Part shown: one piece after another, positions 36,878-46,041 of the stretch
Layout of the letters: the number at the start of each line of letters is the position of its first letter
Numbering within the stretch: the stretch's first letter is position 1
Source of the DNA: Dehalococcoidales bacterium
Lineage (GTDB): Bacteria > Chloroflexota > Dehalococcoidia > Dehalococcoidales > UBA2162
Length of the DNA stretch: 64,000 nt
Assembly: GCA_034416335.1 (NCBI GenBank)
Contig: DAOULV010000003.1
Coordinates: 45,617 to 109,616 of the forward strand
Direction of reading: 5' to 3'
The notes under the pieces: generated by a model
Told to the model about the DNA's origin: nothing
What the model saw: the letters and a program-made list of their open reading frames with translations, nothing else
Database searches by the model: none
Made by a program: the position numbers and the translations under genes

Positions 36878-37354
36878 ATGATCTACGTTGAATGTCTCCC
36901 TGATACTACATTGGCAAAGTCACTTTCCGGTGGTATGACTGTAGAACATCTCCATGGTAAATCAAGAGTCTGCAACAAACTAATGGATAATACCAATTCC
37001 AAAGGAATGGTAGACCAAGACGAAAAAACTCAAACACATCCGTATATAAAAGAACTAATTGCTACTGGTACTATTAATGACCTACAGAATGATGAAATAA
37101 TCGTATACATCGATATAATTAGACACAATACCTTAGTAATGCTTAAACCTAGACTTGAAGAATGGATAATTAAAACTACGCGAATTGCAGGAATTAATAT
37201 GATGAATAGTTATCATCTCCCTGATACTGCCGAAGAGTTGCACCTCGCATTGAGCATAGGTGATAAAGAACACATAAACAAATTCAGAATGCTTATACAA
37301 AAACTAGCGAATAATTCAGAGAGAGTAGACACTTTAGCAAGATTACTTAGGTAA
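36878..37354 (+). CDS. 158-aa TOPRIM-like partner protein (candidate nuclease effector)
   Basis: It starts 2 nt after the ATPase stop. Motifs in TOPRIM order: IYVE(5)CLPD, HGKSRV, MVD(46)QD(48)E. The rest is helical. This is a motif-level assignment only. Confidence 0.45.
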   Translation: MIYVECLPDTTLAKSLSGGMTVEHLHGKSRVCNKLMDNTNSKGMVDQDEKTQTHPYIKELIATGTINDLQNDEIIVYIDIIRHNTLVMLKPRLEEWIIKTTRIAGINMMNSYHLPDTAEELHLALSIGDKEHINKFRMLIQKLANNSERVDTLARLLR

Positions 37355-37541
37355 TTTATCAGTCTCTTACTGCCAGTTTTTCGCTTCCGGCATGTTGTCC
37401 ATTACGCAGAGTTCTAACATTATTAGAAACAACATTCCACAATCTGCCGGATTGTTAATCATGAAAATCAACGGGAAGTTTATCTATTGATTATTTGAAA
37501 TTACAGTTATACGCTATTGTACTATCTTAGCTATCAGATTT

Positions 37542-38942
37542 TCATAAACTCGGGAGAATCACTCCCTGCTTGAGCAGGCTTTTCTGTAAGGTTTTAATAC
37601 CCACATTCCTGACACTTACTCCGCTGTCCAGCGCTATCGCCGCCGCCGTCCCGGCTGCCTGTCCGAAGCAGAGACAATGGGGAATCAGATTGAAATGAGT
37701 ATTGACGGAGTCCTCGGACGAGAAGGCACGGCAGGCAACCAGCAGACCTTCGATTTTTTTCGGTACCAGGCTGCGATAAGGAATAAACATCTTTGGGTAC
37801 CGGTGTGACAGTTCACCTCGGTCGTTACCGGCAAAAACAGCAATCGTATCCTCGAAAGGTTCGTCCGTGTTCATGTCTTTTTCGGTTAACACATATTCGC
37901 CGACCACCCGTTTGCCGCCGGTGGTTCCCAGCTGCGGACACGTCTGCATAATGTAACTCTTTTCATATCCCGGGACGTATTTCTTCAGAAATTCATAGGT
38001 TATGAGGGCTCTTTTCCGGGTGTCGATATCTATCCGGGTCATTTCTTCAACGTCCGTCTGGTCGTTGGCAGGTATGTGCGGATGGAACCATATCACGCTT
38101 TCCTGGTCTTTTAACAGACCGCGGAAGTGCCTGGCAAACCCACGTTTTTCAGTAAGTTCTTTCATAAGCTCTTCATACTTTTCAGGCTGGGCTGCCTTGA
38201 ATTCATCCTCTTTTGCATTATCAACGTTTGTGATCCAGAAAGCGAAAGCCAGGTTGGCAATCCTGCTGGGACGCTTGATTTCCGTGATTACTTCGGCTCC
38301 GGAAGGTATCAGTAGATCGCCGTCTCCTGTGGAGTCGATTACCACCCTGGCAAGTATGGCCTGCCTGCCTGATTTGCTTTCGAAGATAACGCCCTTGACC
38401 TGATTTCCCTCCATAATTGGTTGAGTACCCCACGAATGGAGATAAAGTTTAACGCCTGCTTCTTTCATCATGTCGTTGAGTTCGTCCTTGAGGACCTCAG
38501 GATCGATTAGGGCAGAATACAGCACTATCTCTTTACCAAGTTTGTTGTTTTCACGTACGTAGAAATTACCCATACGGGCATTGAGGTAATAGTCAACCAC
38601 CTTTCTTTCAGAGGTACCCCAGTCCGACTTTCCAGGATATGAAGCAGCCCCTCTAGCGTCCATCCTGTCTACTATCTCCTGGACAATTCCGGCAATGTGC
38701 TGCTCTCCATATATATCACCGAGGTTCGGTATGATATTAACCAGCCCTCCCGTAGCCATTCCACCCAGGTATCCGTACCTTTCGATAAGCACCGTATCCG
38801 CTCCTGCCCTTGCGGCACAGACGGCAGCCCCCACTCCACCTGGACCTCCACCAACTACCACTACATCGGCTTCGTAACATACCTGCGTTTCTCTTGCAGG
38901 TTCGGTTATAGACTTTAATGACGGACTCTTATTCATATTCAC
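37542..38942 (-). CDS. FAD-dependent oxidoreductase (FAD_oxidored/GIDA-like family)
   Basis: DVVVVGGGPGGVGAAVCAARAGADTVLIERYGYLGGMATGGLV. The gene ends at a TGA. Confidence 0.75.
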   Translation of the reverse strand: MNMNKSPSLKSITEPARETQVCYEADVVVVGGGPGGVGAAVCAARAGADTVLIERYGYLGGMATGGLVNIIPNLGDIYGEQHIAGIVQEIVDRMDARGAASYPGKSDWGTSERKVVDYYLNARMGNFYVRENNKLGKEIVLYSALIDPEVLKDELNDMMKEAGVKLYLHSWGTQPIMEGNQVKGVIFESKSGRQAILARVVIDSTGDGDLLIPSGAEVITEIKRPSRIANLAFAFWITNVDNAKEDEFKAAQPEKYEELMKELTEKRGFARHFRGLLKDQESVIWFHPHIPANDQTDVEEMTRIDIDTRKRALITYEFLKKYVPGYEKSYIMQTCPQLGTTGGKRVVGEYVLTEKDMNTDEPFEDTIAVFAGNDRGELSHRYPKMFIPYRSLVPKKIEGLLVACRAFSSEDSVNTHFNLIPHCLCFGQAAGTAAAIALDSGVSVRNVGIKTLQKSLLKQGVILPSL

Positions 38943-38975
38943 ACCTCGTTTGTATACAGAGTCGGATATATCCCG

Positions 38976-40748
38976 TTATTCGATGAACCGGGGAGCACCG
39001 GGAACGGCATCGCTTAAAGGTGATTTTACCGGGTCGATTTCGGGAGTGTCCGGGATGACCGGCAGCAGTAGATGGGACGGATGTTCAGAGTCGTGGTATA
39101 TGGAAATCTCCGCTTTTGCCGGTGACAGGGGCGTTTCCACATATCCTGAGGACCTGTCCCAGGTGGAGTACAGAGAGTCATCACTGGCAATCTTCAGCCA
39201 TATCCTGCACCCCTTCCTGAATGTTTTGAATATGGGCTGCATTTCAATCTGGAATTCGTATATCATATTCGGCTTAATATCTTCGGGATTTTGATAAGAA
39301 TGCCAGGGCATTCCCGGTCGGGACATAGCCTCGTCTACCTGTCTAAACCTGGCCTTCAGAGAGCCCCAGCTCCATATCTGGACTTCCGGAGGTGTCCACG
39401 GATCGTTGGCTTCCGGTTTGATTTCGGGGCTGCCGGTTACGGGATTCAGGGATACACCTTCAGGAACCATCTCCCCCATCTTGACGAAGAACGACCAGTC
39501 GGAGGTTATTTCTTCAGTAGTCGAAGCGTATAAAGTAAAGCAGGCTGGTCCCCAGATGGTAATGTCTTCTTCGAGTGGCTGAGATATGCAGGTAACATTT
39601 CTGGGTTTTTCAGGTCCGGTTAAGGTGCCTGCCAGACCGTATGAGGCTGTCAGAGCGGTATTCAGACTGAGATTATGATAAATATCCGGTTTTTCTTTAC
39701 CCGGTGGAGTCCGGTTGATATTTCCATATACCTCTTCTCGCCTGGTCTTTTCACTCAAAAAGAATTTCGTCCACTGTGTGCGTTTCAGGGGGAATTCGTT
39801 TTCGTGCCGCCATTTACCGGTCCCGTTATCATAGATAGCCACTTCCGGCTCATCCATGATGCCGGTATCATTTCCCTTCAGCCAGTAGTCCAGCCAGCGG
39901 AGAACGTACTGATTGAAGGAAGTGGTCTCGAATATCCATGGCTGGTAGTTCTCGTTCGTCCACGGAGTGATTATCAGTTTCTTGGGCGATTTTATATCGG
40001 CGTAGGAACGGAGATGATAGATTGCGTGAAGCCGGTTGGGAGTTTGAATCAGGTTAAGCACAGGGGTTTTAATCTTGTGGACATTTTTCCAGCCGCCGCC
40101 GTGCTCCCACCAGAACGGTCCGTCCTCGTTATGAGAGAAGATTTCAGCGATAACATTCATCGGTGGTTCCTTGCCATCGACAGGTCCCGGCCATATAGCT
40201 GCCATCGTAAGTCCCGACACCAGCTGCAGAACGAAAGGTCTGCGCAGAACTCCTCCGGGATAACAGAGCCCGCGGTAATTATCGGTTGTTCCCAGCACCA
40301 CCAACGCCTTCAGGTGTGGAGGATTCAAAGGGGCTGTTATCCACTGCATAACACCATATCCGGAAGCACCCATCATGGCAACACTGCCATTGCACCAGGG
40401 CTGGTCAGCAATCCATTCAATGATGTCATAGCCGTCTTCGGCAGCAGTTGAGCCGTGAAAGGTGAATTTACCTTCGTTAAATCCGCTGCCTCTCTCCGCA
40501 GCCTGGACGCAAACATATCCATTCGGGCAGTAGAAAGCCGGCTTGGCACTCTCAAAGAAGCGCTCTTTCTGGAATGGTGAGTAGGCGAGGATTACCGGCC
40601 ACGGTCCGTTATCCGAAGAAGGTTTATAAATATCAAGGGCAAGCTTCACTCCGTCTCGCATTACTGCAGGAATGTTTTTCTGAAGAATGCTCCCTTCGGG
40701 AACTGTACTGGGGTAGATGATATTATAATCATCACTGTTCATAAGCAC
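38976..40748 (-). CDS. CocE/NonD family hydrolase (S15 X-Pro dipeptidyl-peptidase-like)
   Basis: MRDGVKLALDIYKP...PVILAYSPF...GSVAMMGASGYG (nucleophile elbow GxSxG) plus a large C-terminal jelly-roll region. Confidence 0.75.
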   Translation of the reverse strand: MLMNSDDYNIIYPSTVPEGSILQKNIPAVMRDGVKLALDIYKPSSDNGPWPVILAYSPFQKERFFESAKPAFYCPNGYVCVQAAERGSGFNEGKFTFHGSTAAEDGYDIIEWIADQPWCNGSVAMMGASGYGVMQWITAPLNPPHLKALVVLGTTDNYRGLCYPGGVLRRPFVLQLVSGLTMAAIWPGPVDGKEPPMNVIAEIFSHNEDGPFWWEHGGGWKNVHKIKTPVLNLIQTPNRLHAIYHLRSYADIKSPKKLIITPWTNENYQPWIFETTSFNQYVLRWLDYWLKGNDTGIMDEPEVAIYDNGTGKWRHENEFPLKRTQWTKFFLSEKTRREEVYGNINRTPPGKEKPDIYHNLSLNTALTASYGLAGTLTGPEKPRNVTCISQPLEEDITIWGPACFTLYASTTEEITSDWSFFVKMGEMVPEGVSLNPVTGSPEIKPEANDPWTPPEVQIWSWGSLKARFRQVDEAMSRPGMPWHSYQNPEDIKPNMIYEFQIEMQPIFKTFRKGCRIWLKIASDDSLYSTWDRSSGYVETPLSPAKAEISIYHDSEHPSHLLLPVIPDTPEIDPVKSPLSDAVPGAPRFIE

Positions 40749-40829
40749 TCTTTACCCTACCAGTCAGGCTGTCAGTATACTTCAGGAATGTCAAACAAAG
40801 CAAAATTTTTCAGGAAATCTTGTACTTTA

Positions 40830-41819
40830 TTATGCCGGAACCGGCATACTTGAGTCCGTTCACCTGCTTCCACCACCTGCCGTGCAGCCGAAGCAGTGAT
40901 TTCCAAACCTTATTTTTCTGGTTAGCAGTGCCGACGAATCGAAGTTGTATATTCCGGTCGAATTGCCGGAGACTTTCATTCCGAGCGCCTGGTTGAAGTC
41001 ACAATCATAAAGGCTTCCGTCATAACCCACACTGATCAGGTAGCGGCAGACGAGACCTTTGACAGACTCAGGGCTAAAACTATTTTCCAGCTTATGGGTG
41101 TATTCTCTCAGATTATCTCTCTTTTTCAACAGAGAACGGAACCGGCCAATTGGCATATTGGTCACAGCTAAAAGTGAATTAAACACTAGACCATATCGGC
41201 TTGATAGTATTTTCCTGAATTGATTCTCTAAATGGTCTTTCTCATCTGGAGATATCGGACCATCACAGTTATGGACAAGATTCAAGACGAGTCCGGAATC
41301 AGGATGTCCGTAACCAAGTGAATTAAGACGTCGTATAGCTTTGATGCTTTCCCGAAACACATCTTTACCTCGTACCTGGTCGGTTATTCTTGCATTATAA
41401 TGAGGTAATGACGCCAGTATTTTTACATTGTTTTCCGCGAAGAAGTCTGGTAAGTATTCTTTGCTGCCCCGAGAGCCTGGATCTCCATCGGCAGTAACTG
41501 TTAGATTATGGCGAACAGTTACCTGTTTTCCCATTTTTCCGGCTTCCATAACCAGGTATTCGAAATCGGGGTGCAACTCCGGTGCTCCACCCGTAATGTC
41601 CAGGTTCTTACAACTATCCAGGTCGCTGATAACCTTCAGACATTGCTCCATAGTATCTCGACTCATTTGTTCGGTTCGGCCCGGAGACGCTTCAACGTGA
41701 CAGTGGGCACAGGCTTGATTACAGCGCATGGTAATATTAATCCACAGTGTTTGGATAGCAACCGGGCTTAGTTCCAGGCCATTATTGTCCAGAGTATTAA
41801 TAAAATTATTGTTTGCCAT
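40830..41819 (-). CDS. arsS: ArsS-type radical SAM/Cys-rich-domain (seleno)protein; in-frame TGA at 40860..40862 (residue 320), followed by 9 more codons to a TAA
   Basis: CNQACAHCH radical-SAM cluster motif. C-terminal sequence: HCFGCTAGGGSR-TGA-TDSSMPVPA-TAA. The family is annotated in RefSeq as a '(seleno)protein' whose C-terminal Cys can be Sec. A perfect hairpin lies 11 nt after the TGA. The start could be 41840 or 41819. Confidence 0.75.
40831..40848 (-). promoter_or_regulatory. candidate SECIS hairpin (could double as a terminator stem)
   Basis: The mRNA reads TATGCCGG-TT-CCGGCATA, a perfect palindrome giving a stem of about 7 bp with a GGUUCC apex. It starts exactly 11 nt after the UGA. 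Confidence 0.5.
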
Positions 41820-43164
41820 CTTCTGAGATTGCCAGAGCATGTTTCATTATTCCGGCGTAATCGTTATTTACCGGTACCGACTTTCTCTGCCACCGGCGAA
41901 GGTCATCTTCGGTATCGATGTCATCAAGAATCCTTAAGTTATGGACTCTGAGTCCTAATTCACCTGCTGAGGACACGGTCTGGTCATATACAGCATCGGT
42001 ACTCCAGGCAACGCCGTCAAAAAGACTCGGGTATAGTTCATTCATTCCAATGAGATAATATCCGCCATCGAAACTGGGCCCGATAACCAGATCAGCCTCC
42101 TTCAGGGCGCTAAAAGCCTCTTCAATGTCATCTACCGTAAGGTCGGGTACGTCCGTTGCGGTAATAATTACTTTCTTGAATCCTTTTTCAAACTGGTCAC
42201 GGAAGATTGTCTTGAGTTTTTCCCCCAGCACACCATTAACCTGCGGCTTGAAACGAAAACTCCGTCCGGCCCAACGCCGCACTCTCTTTCCGGCACTCCT
42301 CGGAGTATAGTATATGTTCCTGACGATATCCGTCGGAAGGTTTTCAACTTCTTTGAACAGGTGCTCGATACAGTCACGATAAAATTGTGTCGCCATCTCT
42401 TTACCAATCGTTCTTGCCAGACGCGTTTTGACCTCTCCCTCCGATGGATAACGCAGAAATATTACGAGACTCCTCTCGAATTTAAGGCTGTTACCGTAAT
42501 ATTTTTCAGCGAGTCTCCAGGGAGATACACCAAGCATATACTGTATGGTGTAATATACATTCTTTATCTGCTGCCGTATGATACCGTTCTTTACAAATCG
42601 ACGTGCTGAGGTTACAACCGAGACCGGGAAACGGTATACCCTTGTCTGTTTACGAGCTGCACGAATAAGCTCAAAGTCTTCAAACAGCATCCAGTTTGGG
42701 AATCCTCCCAGGTCATCAAAAAGAGATTTTCGGATTACTATGCCCTGGTCGCCAAATCGGAACAGTCCCATATCGAAGTTAGCCAGAAAACTCAATAGCC
42801 GCAGAAACCAGTGCTTCGTATCAAAAACAATCCCGAAATTCCCAATTTTTACTTCATCCTTGCTAAAGATTTCAGACAAGTAATTGAAGGCATCTCGAGG
42901 TAAAATCGTATCGGCATGAAGAAAGACGATAATCTCGCCGGCTGCAGTCGCAGCTCCAAGATTACACTGTAATCCTCTACATGGTTCAGTATGTAAAACC
43001 GTAGCTCCTGCTGTTTCCGCTATCACAGCAGTGTCATCGGAACTGCCGCCGTCGACAACGATGATTTCCGCATTTGACTGTTCAGAAACGATACTTGATA
43101 TGCAGGCCCCGATCGTTTCTGCTTCATTCAGCGTTGGGATTATCACCGAAAATGAATGTTTCAT
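41806..43164 (-). CDS. fusion of two rSAM/selenodomain-associated (arsenosugar-cluster) transferases: N-terminal GT2 (TIGR04283-like) + C-terminal DUF2064/CofC-like (TIGR04282-like)
   Basis: N-terminus: FSVIIPTLNEAETIGACISS...VVDGGSSDDT...FLHADT. C-terminus: SLVIFLRYPSEGEVKTRLA...VIITATDVPDLT...GPSFDGGYYLIG. Confidence 0.7.
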   Translation of the reverse strand: MKHSFSVIIPTLNEAETIGACISSIVSEQSNAEIIVVDGGSSDDTAVIAETAGATVLHTEPCRGLQCNLGAATAAGEIIVFLHADTILPRDAFNYLSEIFSKDEVKIGNFGIVFDTKHWFLRLLSFLANFDMGLFRFGDQGIVIRKSLFDDLGGFPNWMLFEDFELIRAARKQTRVYRFPVSVVTSARRFVKNGIIRQQIKNVYYTIQYMLGVSPWRLAEKYYGNSLKFERSLVIFLRYPSEGEVKTRLARTIGKEMATQFYRDCIEHLFKEVENLPTDIVRNIYYTPRSAGKRVRRWAGRSFRFKPQVNGVLGEKLKTIFRDQFEKGFKKVIITATDVPDLTVDDIEEAFSALKEADLVIGPSFDGGYYLIGMNELYPSLFDGVAWSTDAVYDQTVSSAGELGLRVHNLRILDDIDTEDDLRRWQRKSVPVNNDYAGIMKHALAISEDGKQ

Positions 43165-43384
43165 ACTTTCGCAATATCCGTTATTCCGTGAAATACATCT
43201 ATAATCGCGTCTGATTTTATCTTAGCTGGATTTTACCTCGATAACAATCCGTCATTTAACGCTGAATGCCAGGACAGACTGCCACTTTCTGCAGTCTCTA
43301 TTATGACAGCGGTACTTTGACATCCATTTTGCAAATGGCTAGTATGGAATAAGGAGACCGAGATAAATTTGGGAGATGTGGTGG

Positions 43385-44014
43385 ATGAAAGTTAAAAAAT
43401 TCGGGTTGTTTATAGTTTTTTCAGCAGTATTAGCCTTGTCAGTAACATCCTGTACTTCTCAGAATACGGAACAAGAAGCCGTATCGGGACAAGAGGGCAC
43501 TAACAAGGCAGTCTTAGAACCTCAACCAGATGAAATTTGGAATGACATTATTCCAGAACCGGGTACAGAAACTATTTATAATATTCCTCTATCACTTGAC
43601 AACACGCAGCAATTTATTGATTGGTTCTTTTCGATAGACCTGAATGATGATGAGAAAGAACTGAAGAACGAAGCCCTCGGTTCGCTGGTTGCACCCTGTT
43701 GTGACGAATATCCGATGAACGAGTGCTGATGCGAGTGCAATTTGGCCCGCAGTGTGTGGGGCCTGGCAACCTACCTTGTCAAAGAGAATTACGATGTTGA
43801 ACAGATTCAAGAGGCTTCTTCTCAATGGCTGCATTTTATTCGACCTGACTATTATGTAGCAAAAGCTCTTAAGGAAGAGCGACTTAATCCTGAACAATTT
43901 GGATTTACTTTAGATAGTTCATGTTTCTCGGGTCGCTGTGACACCCCTTTTTATACCAGAACATCCACTTCCTACCTTGGAGGTTGTGGCGGAATGGAAG
44001 AACTCATCCAATAA
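43385..44014 (+). CDS. candidate seleno-lipoprotein with a C-U-C-x-C motif; in-frame TGA at 43727..43729 (residue 115)
   Basis: Track ORFs 43376..43729 and 43742..44014 share a frame and are separated only by the TGA. Lipobox: LALSVTS-C. Read-through sequence: APCCDEYPMNEC-U-CECNLARSVWGL. A hairpin lies 14 nt after the TGA. Confidence 0.55.
43744..43763 (+). promoter_or_regulatory. candidate SECIS hairpin
   Basis: GGCCC-GCAGTGTGTG-GGGCC: 5 G:C pairs and a GU-rich 10-nt loop. The loop begins 19 nt after the UGA. Confidence 0.4.
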
Positions 44015-44285
44015 ATTAACTCAAACAATTGTGCTATCCGGTAATCATACTCCTTCGCAATTTTAGAAAATAGCCTGGTTTTCTACGATGGTTAACAATC
44101 AGATTTTGCTATTGCTGTCACTGAGGATTATCCCGTCTTAGACCTGTTGGGTCAGTAGAGGTTATTCCCAATTTGTTTAAAAAAGTCCTTTACATTTTTT
44201 TGAGAAAGTCCTACAATGTAGTATCCCACATTGTAGGACTTTCTCTATTTTAGTATCAGAGAATAACTTGTAACGGAGGTTTTTC

Positions 44286-45047
44286 ATGAGTTCATGGGTA
44301 TATCTGGTAATCGGTCTGGCGATACTTACTCTGATTCTGGCAAGTGTAAGAATTGTTAAGCAGTACGAACGAGGAGTGATATTCCGGTTTGGAAAATTAG
44401 CCGGAGTACGTAATCCGGGTTTCAACATGATTCTTCCATTTATAGACAGCATGAAAAAAATCAGCCTGAGGGTTGTTACCTGGGTACTTGATCCACAGGA
44501 GGTAATAACCAAAGACAATGTTACCGTCAGGGTAGATGCAGTCGTGTATTTTGTTGTTATCGATCCTGTGAAAGCGGTAATAAATGTCGCCAATTATCAG
44601 CAGGCTATAATCCAATTAGCATTAACTACCCTCAGAAGTGTTTTAGGGCAATCGGAACTTGATGAATTACTGGCTCATAGAGATCAGATAAATCTAAGGT
44701 TAAGAGAGATTATCGATGAGCAGAGTGAGGAACCCTGGGGAGTCCGGGCAACACTGGTTGAGGTTAAGGACATTCTGCTGCCGGAGATGATGCAACGTGC
44801 AATGGCAAGGCAGGCTGAATCAGAGAGAGAAAAACGGGCAAAAGTTATCCACGCCCAGGGTGAACGTGAAGCGGCACAGACACTGGCAGAAGCAGCCGAA
44901 ATTATCCAGAGTCAGCCGGCAGCACTCCAGTTAAGGTATTTACAAACTCTTGTTGAAATCTCCGGTGAAAGAAACAGTACTATCATCCCTTTAACTGTTG
45001 ATGTATTAAATACTATTTCACGCCAGTTACAGGATAAAAACGATTAA
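44286..45047 (+). CDS. SPFH/band 7 (stomatin/slipin-like) membrane protein
   Basis: N-terminal TM helix, then VKQYERGVIFRFGKL...ITKDNVTVRVDAVVYF...ALTTLRSVLG...AESEREKRAKVIHAQGE. Confidence 0.85.
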   Translation: MSSWVYLVIGLAILTLILASVRIVKQYERGVIFRFGKLAGVRNPGFNMILPFIDSMKKISLRVVTWVLDPQEVITKDNVTVRVDAVVYFVVIDPVKAVINVANYQQAIIQLALTTLRSVLGQSELDELLAHRDQINLRLREIIDEQSEEPWGVRATLVEVKDILLPEMMQRAMARQAESEREKRAKVIHAQGEREAAQTLAEAAEIIQSQPAALQLRYLQTLVEISGERNSTIIPLTVDVLNTISRQLQDKND

Positions 45048-45126
45048 AAAGATTAGCTGAAGAAACCGGGATGAGTATTGTTATCATACTATTATTTGAC
45101 GCGATGTTAAGTCCGATGAGGAGAAG

Positions 45127-46041
45127 ATGAAAAAAGAAAATAGAAATTTATCGCGACGCCAGTTTCTGAAAAAATCCGCTTTTTCACTGGGGTTAATATC
45201 GGTTGCCGCGTCGTTACCTTCATTCCTGATGAAAAGCGTAAAAGCAAAAGAGGAACCTCCTGAAGAAAGTGATGACACCACAAAAATCAGGGAATGGTGT
45301 ATGGTAATAGACCTCAGAAAGTGTGAGGGTTGCGTGACAATAGACTCTCCACCACAATGCACCCAGGCATGCATCACGGGGCATTATGTGCCTAAGGGGC
45401 AACAGTGGATACAGGTTTTTCAGGTCGATGCCCCGAAAGGTAGTTATTTTTTGCCGGTACTCTGTAATCAGTGTGAAAACGCGCCATGCGTAAATGTTTG
45501 TCCGGTCGGAGCTACTTATCATGATAAAGATGGAGTAGTACTTATCGACCACAAGAGATGTATCGGCTGCCGGATGTGCATGGCTGCCTGTCCATATCAC
45601 AGAAGGTTCTTTAACTGGGGCGAACCGGACCTACCTCCGGATGCAGCATTTGCCGAGTATTCACCCATATACCCGGTACCGGCTGTGAAAGGTACCGTGA
45701 TAAAATGCATGTTCTGCGCCCATTTCCTTCGAAATGGCGTTTTGCCTTATTGTGTCTCGGGTTGTCCGATGAAAGCTCTTTATGTCGGTGATTTGAATGA
45801 GGACATCGCTTCAAACGGCCAGGAAGTAGTCCAGCTATCTCGTTTCATCTCGGAAAACGATGGTTTCCGCTTGAAAGAGGAATTAGGCACCCAGCCGAGA
45901 GTGTGGTATTTACCCGGACACGGACAGGCATTTCAGCGAACGGCTGACGACCCACGTCCTTTCATTCCGACGGAATGGCCCTGGGAAGGCGAAAGTTATG
46001 ATAGGAAAATCGGTGTCTGGCCGTGGGGAGAGAAGGAATAG
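45127..46041 (+). CDS. Tat-exported 4Fe-4S ferredoxin subunit of the DmsB/PsrB/NrfC (CISM beta) type
   Basis: Twin-arginine signal LSRRQFLKKSAF. Cluster motifs: CEGC...C, CNQCENAPCVNVCP, CIGCRMCMAACP, CMFC...C...CP. Confidence 0.8.
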   Translation: MKKENRNLSRRQFLKKSAFSLGLISVAASLPSFLMKSVKAKEEPPEESDDTTKIREWCMVIDLRKCEGCVTIDSPPQCTQACITGHYVPKGQQWIQVFQVDAPKGSYFLPVLCNQCENAPCVNVCPVGATYHDKDGVVLIDHKRCIGCRMCMAACPYHRRFFNWGEPDLPPDAAFAEYSPIYPVPAVKGTVIKCMFCAHFLRNGVLPYCVSGCPMKALYVGDLNEDIASNGQEVVQLSRFISENDGFRLKEELGTQPRVWYLPGHGQAFQRTADDPRPFIPTEWPWEGESYDRKIGVWPWGEKE

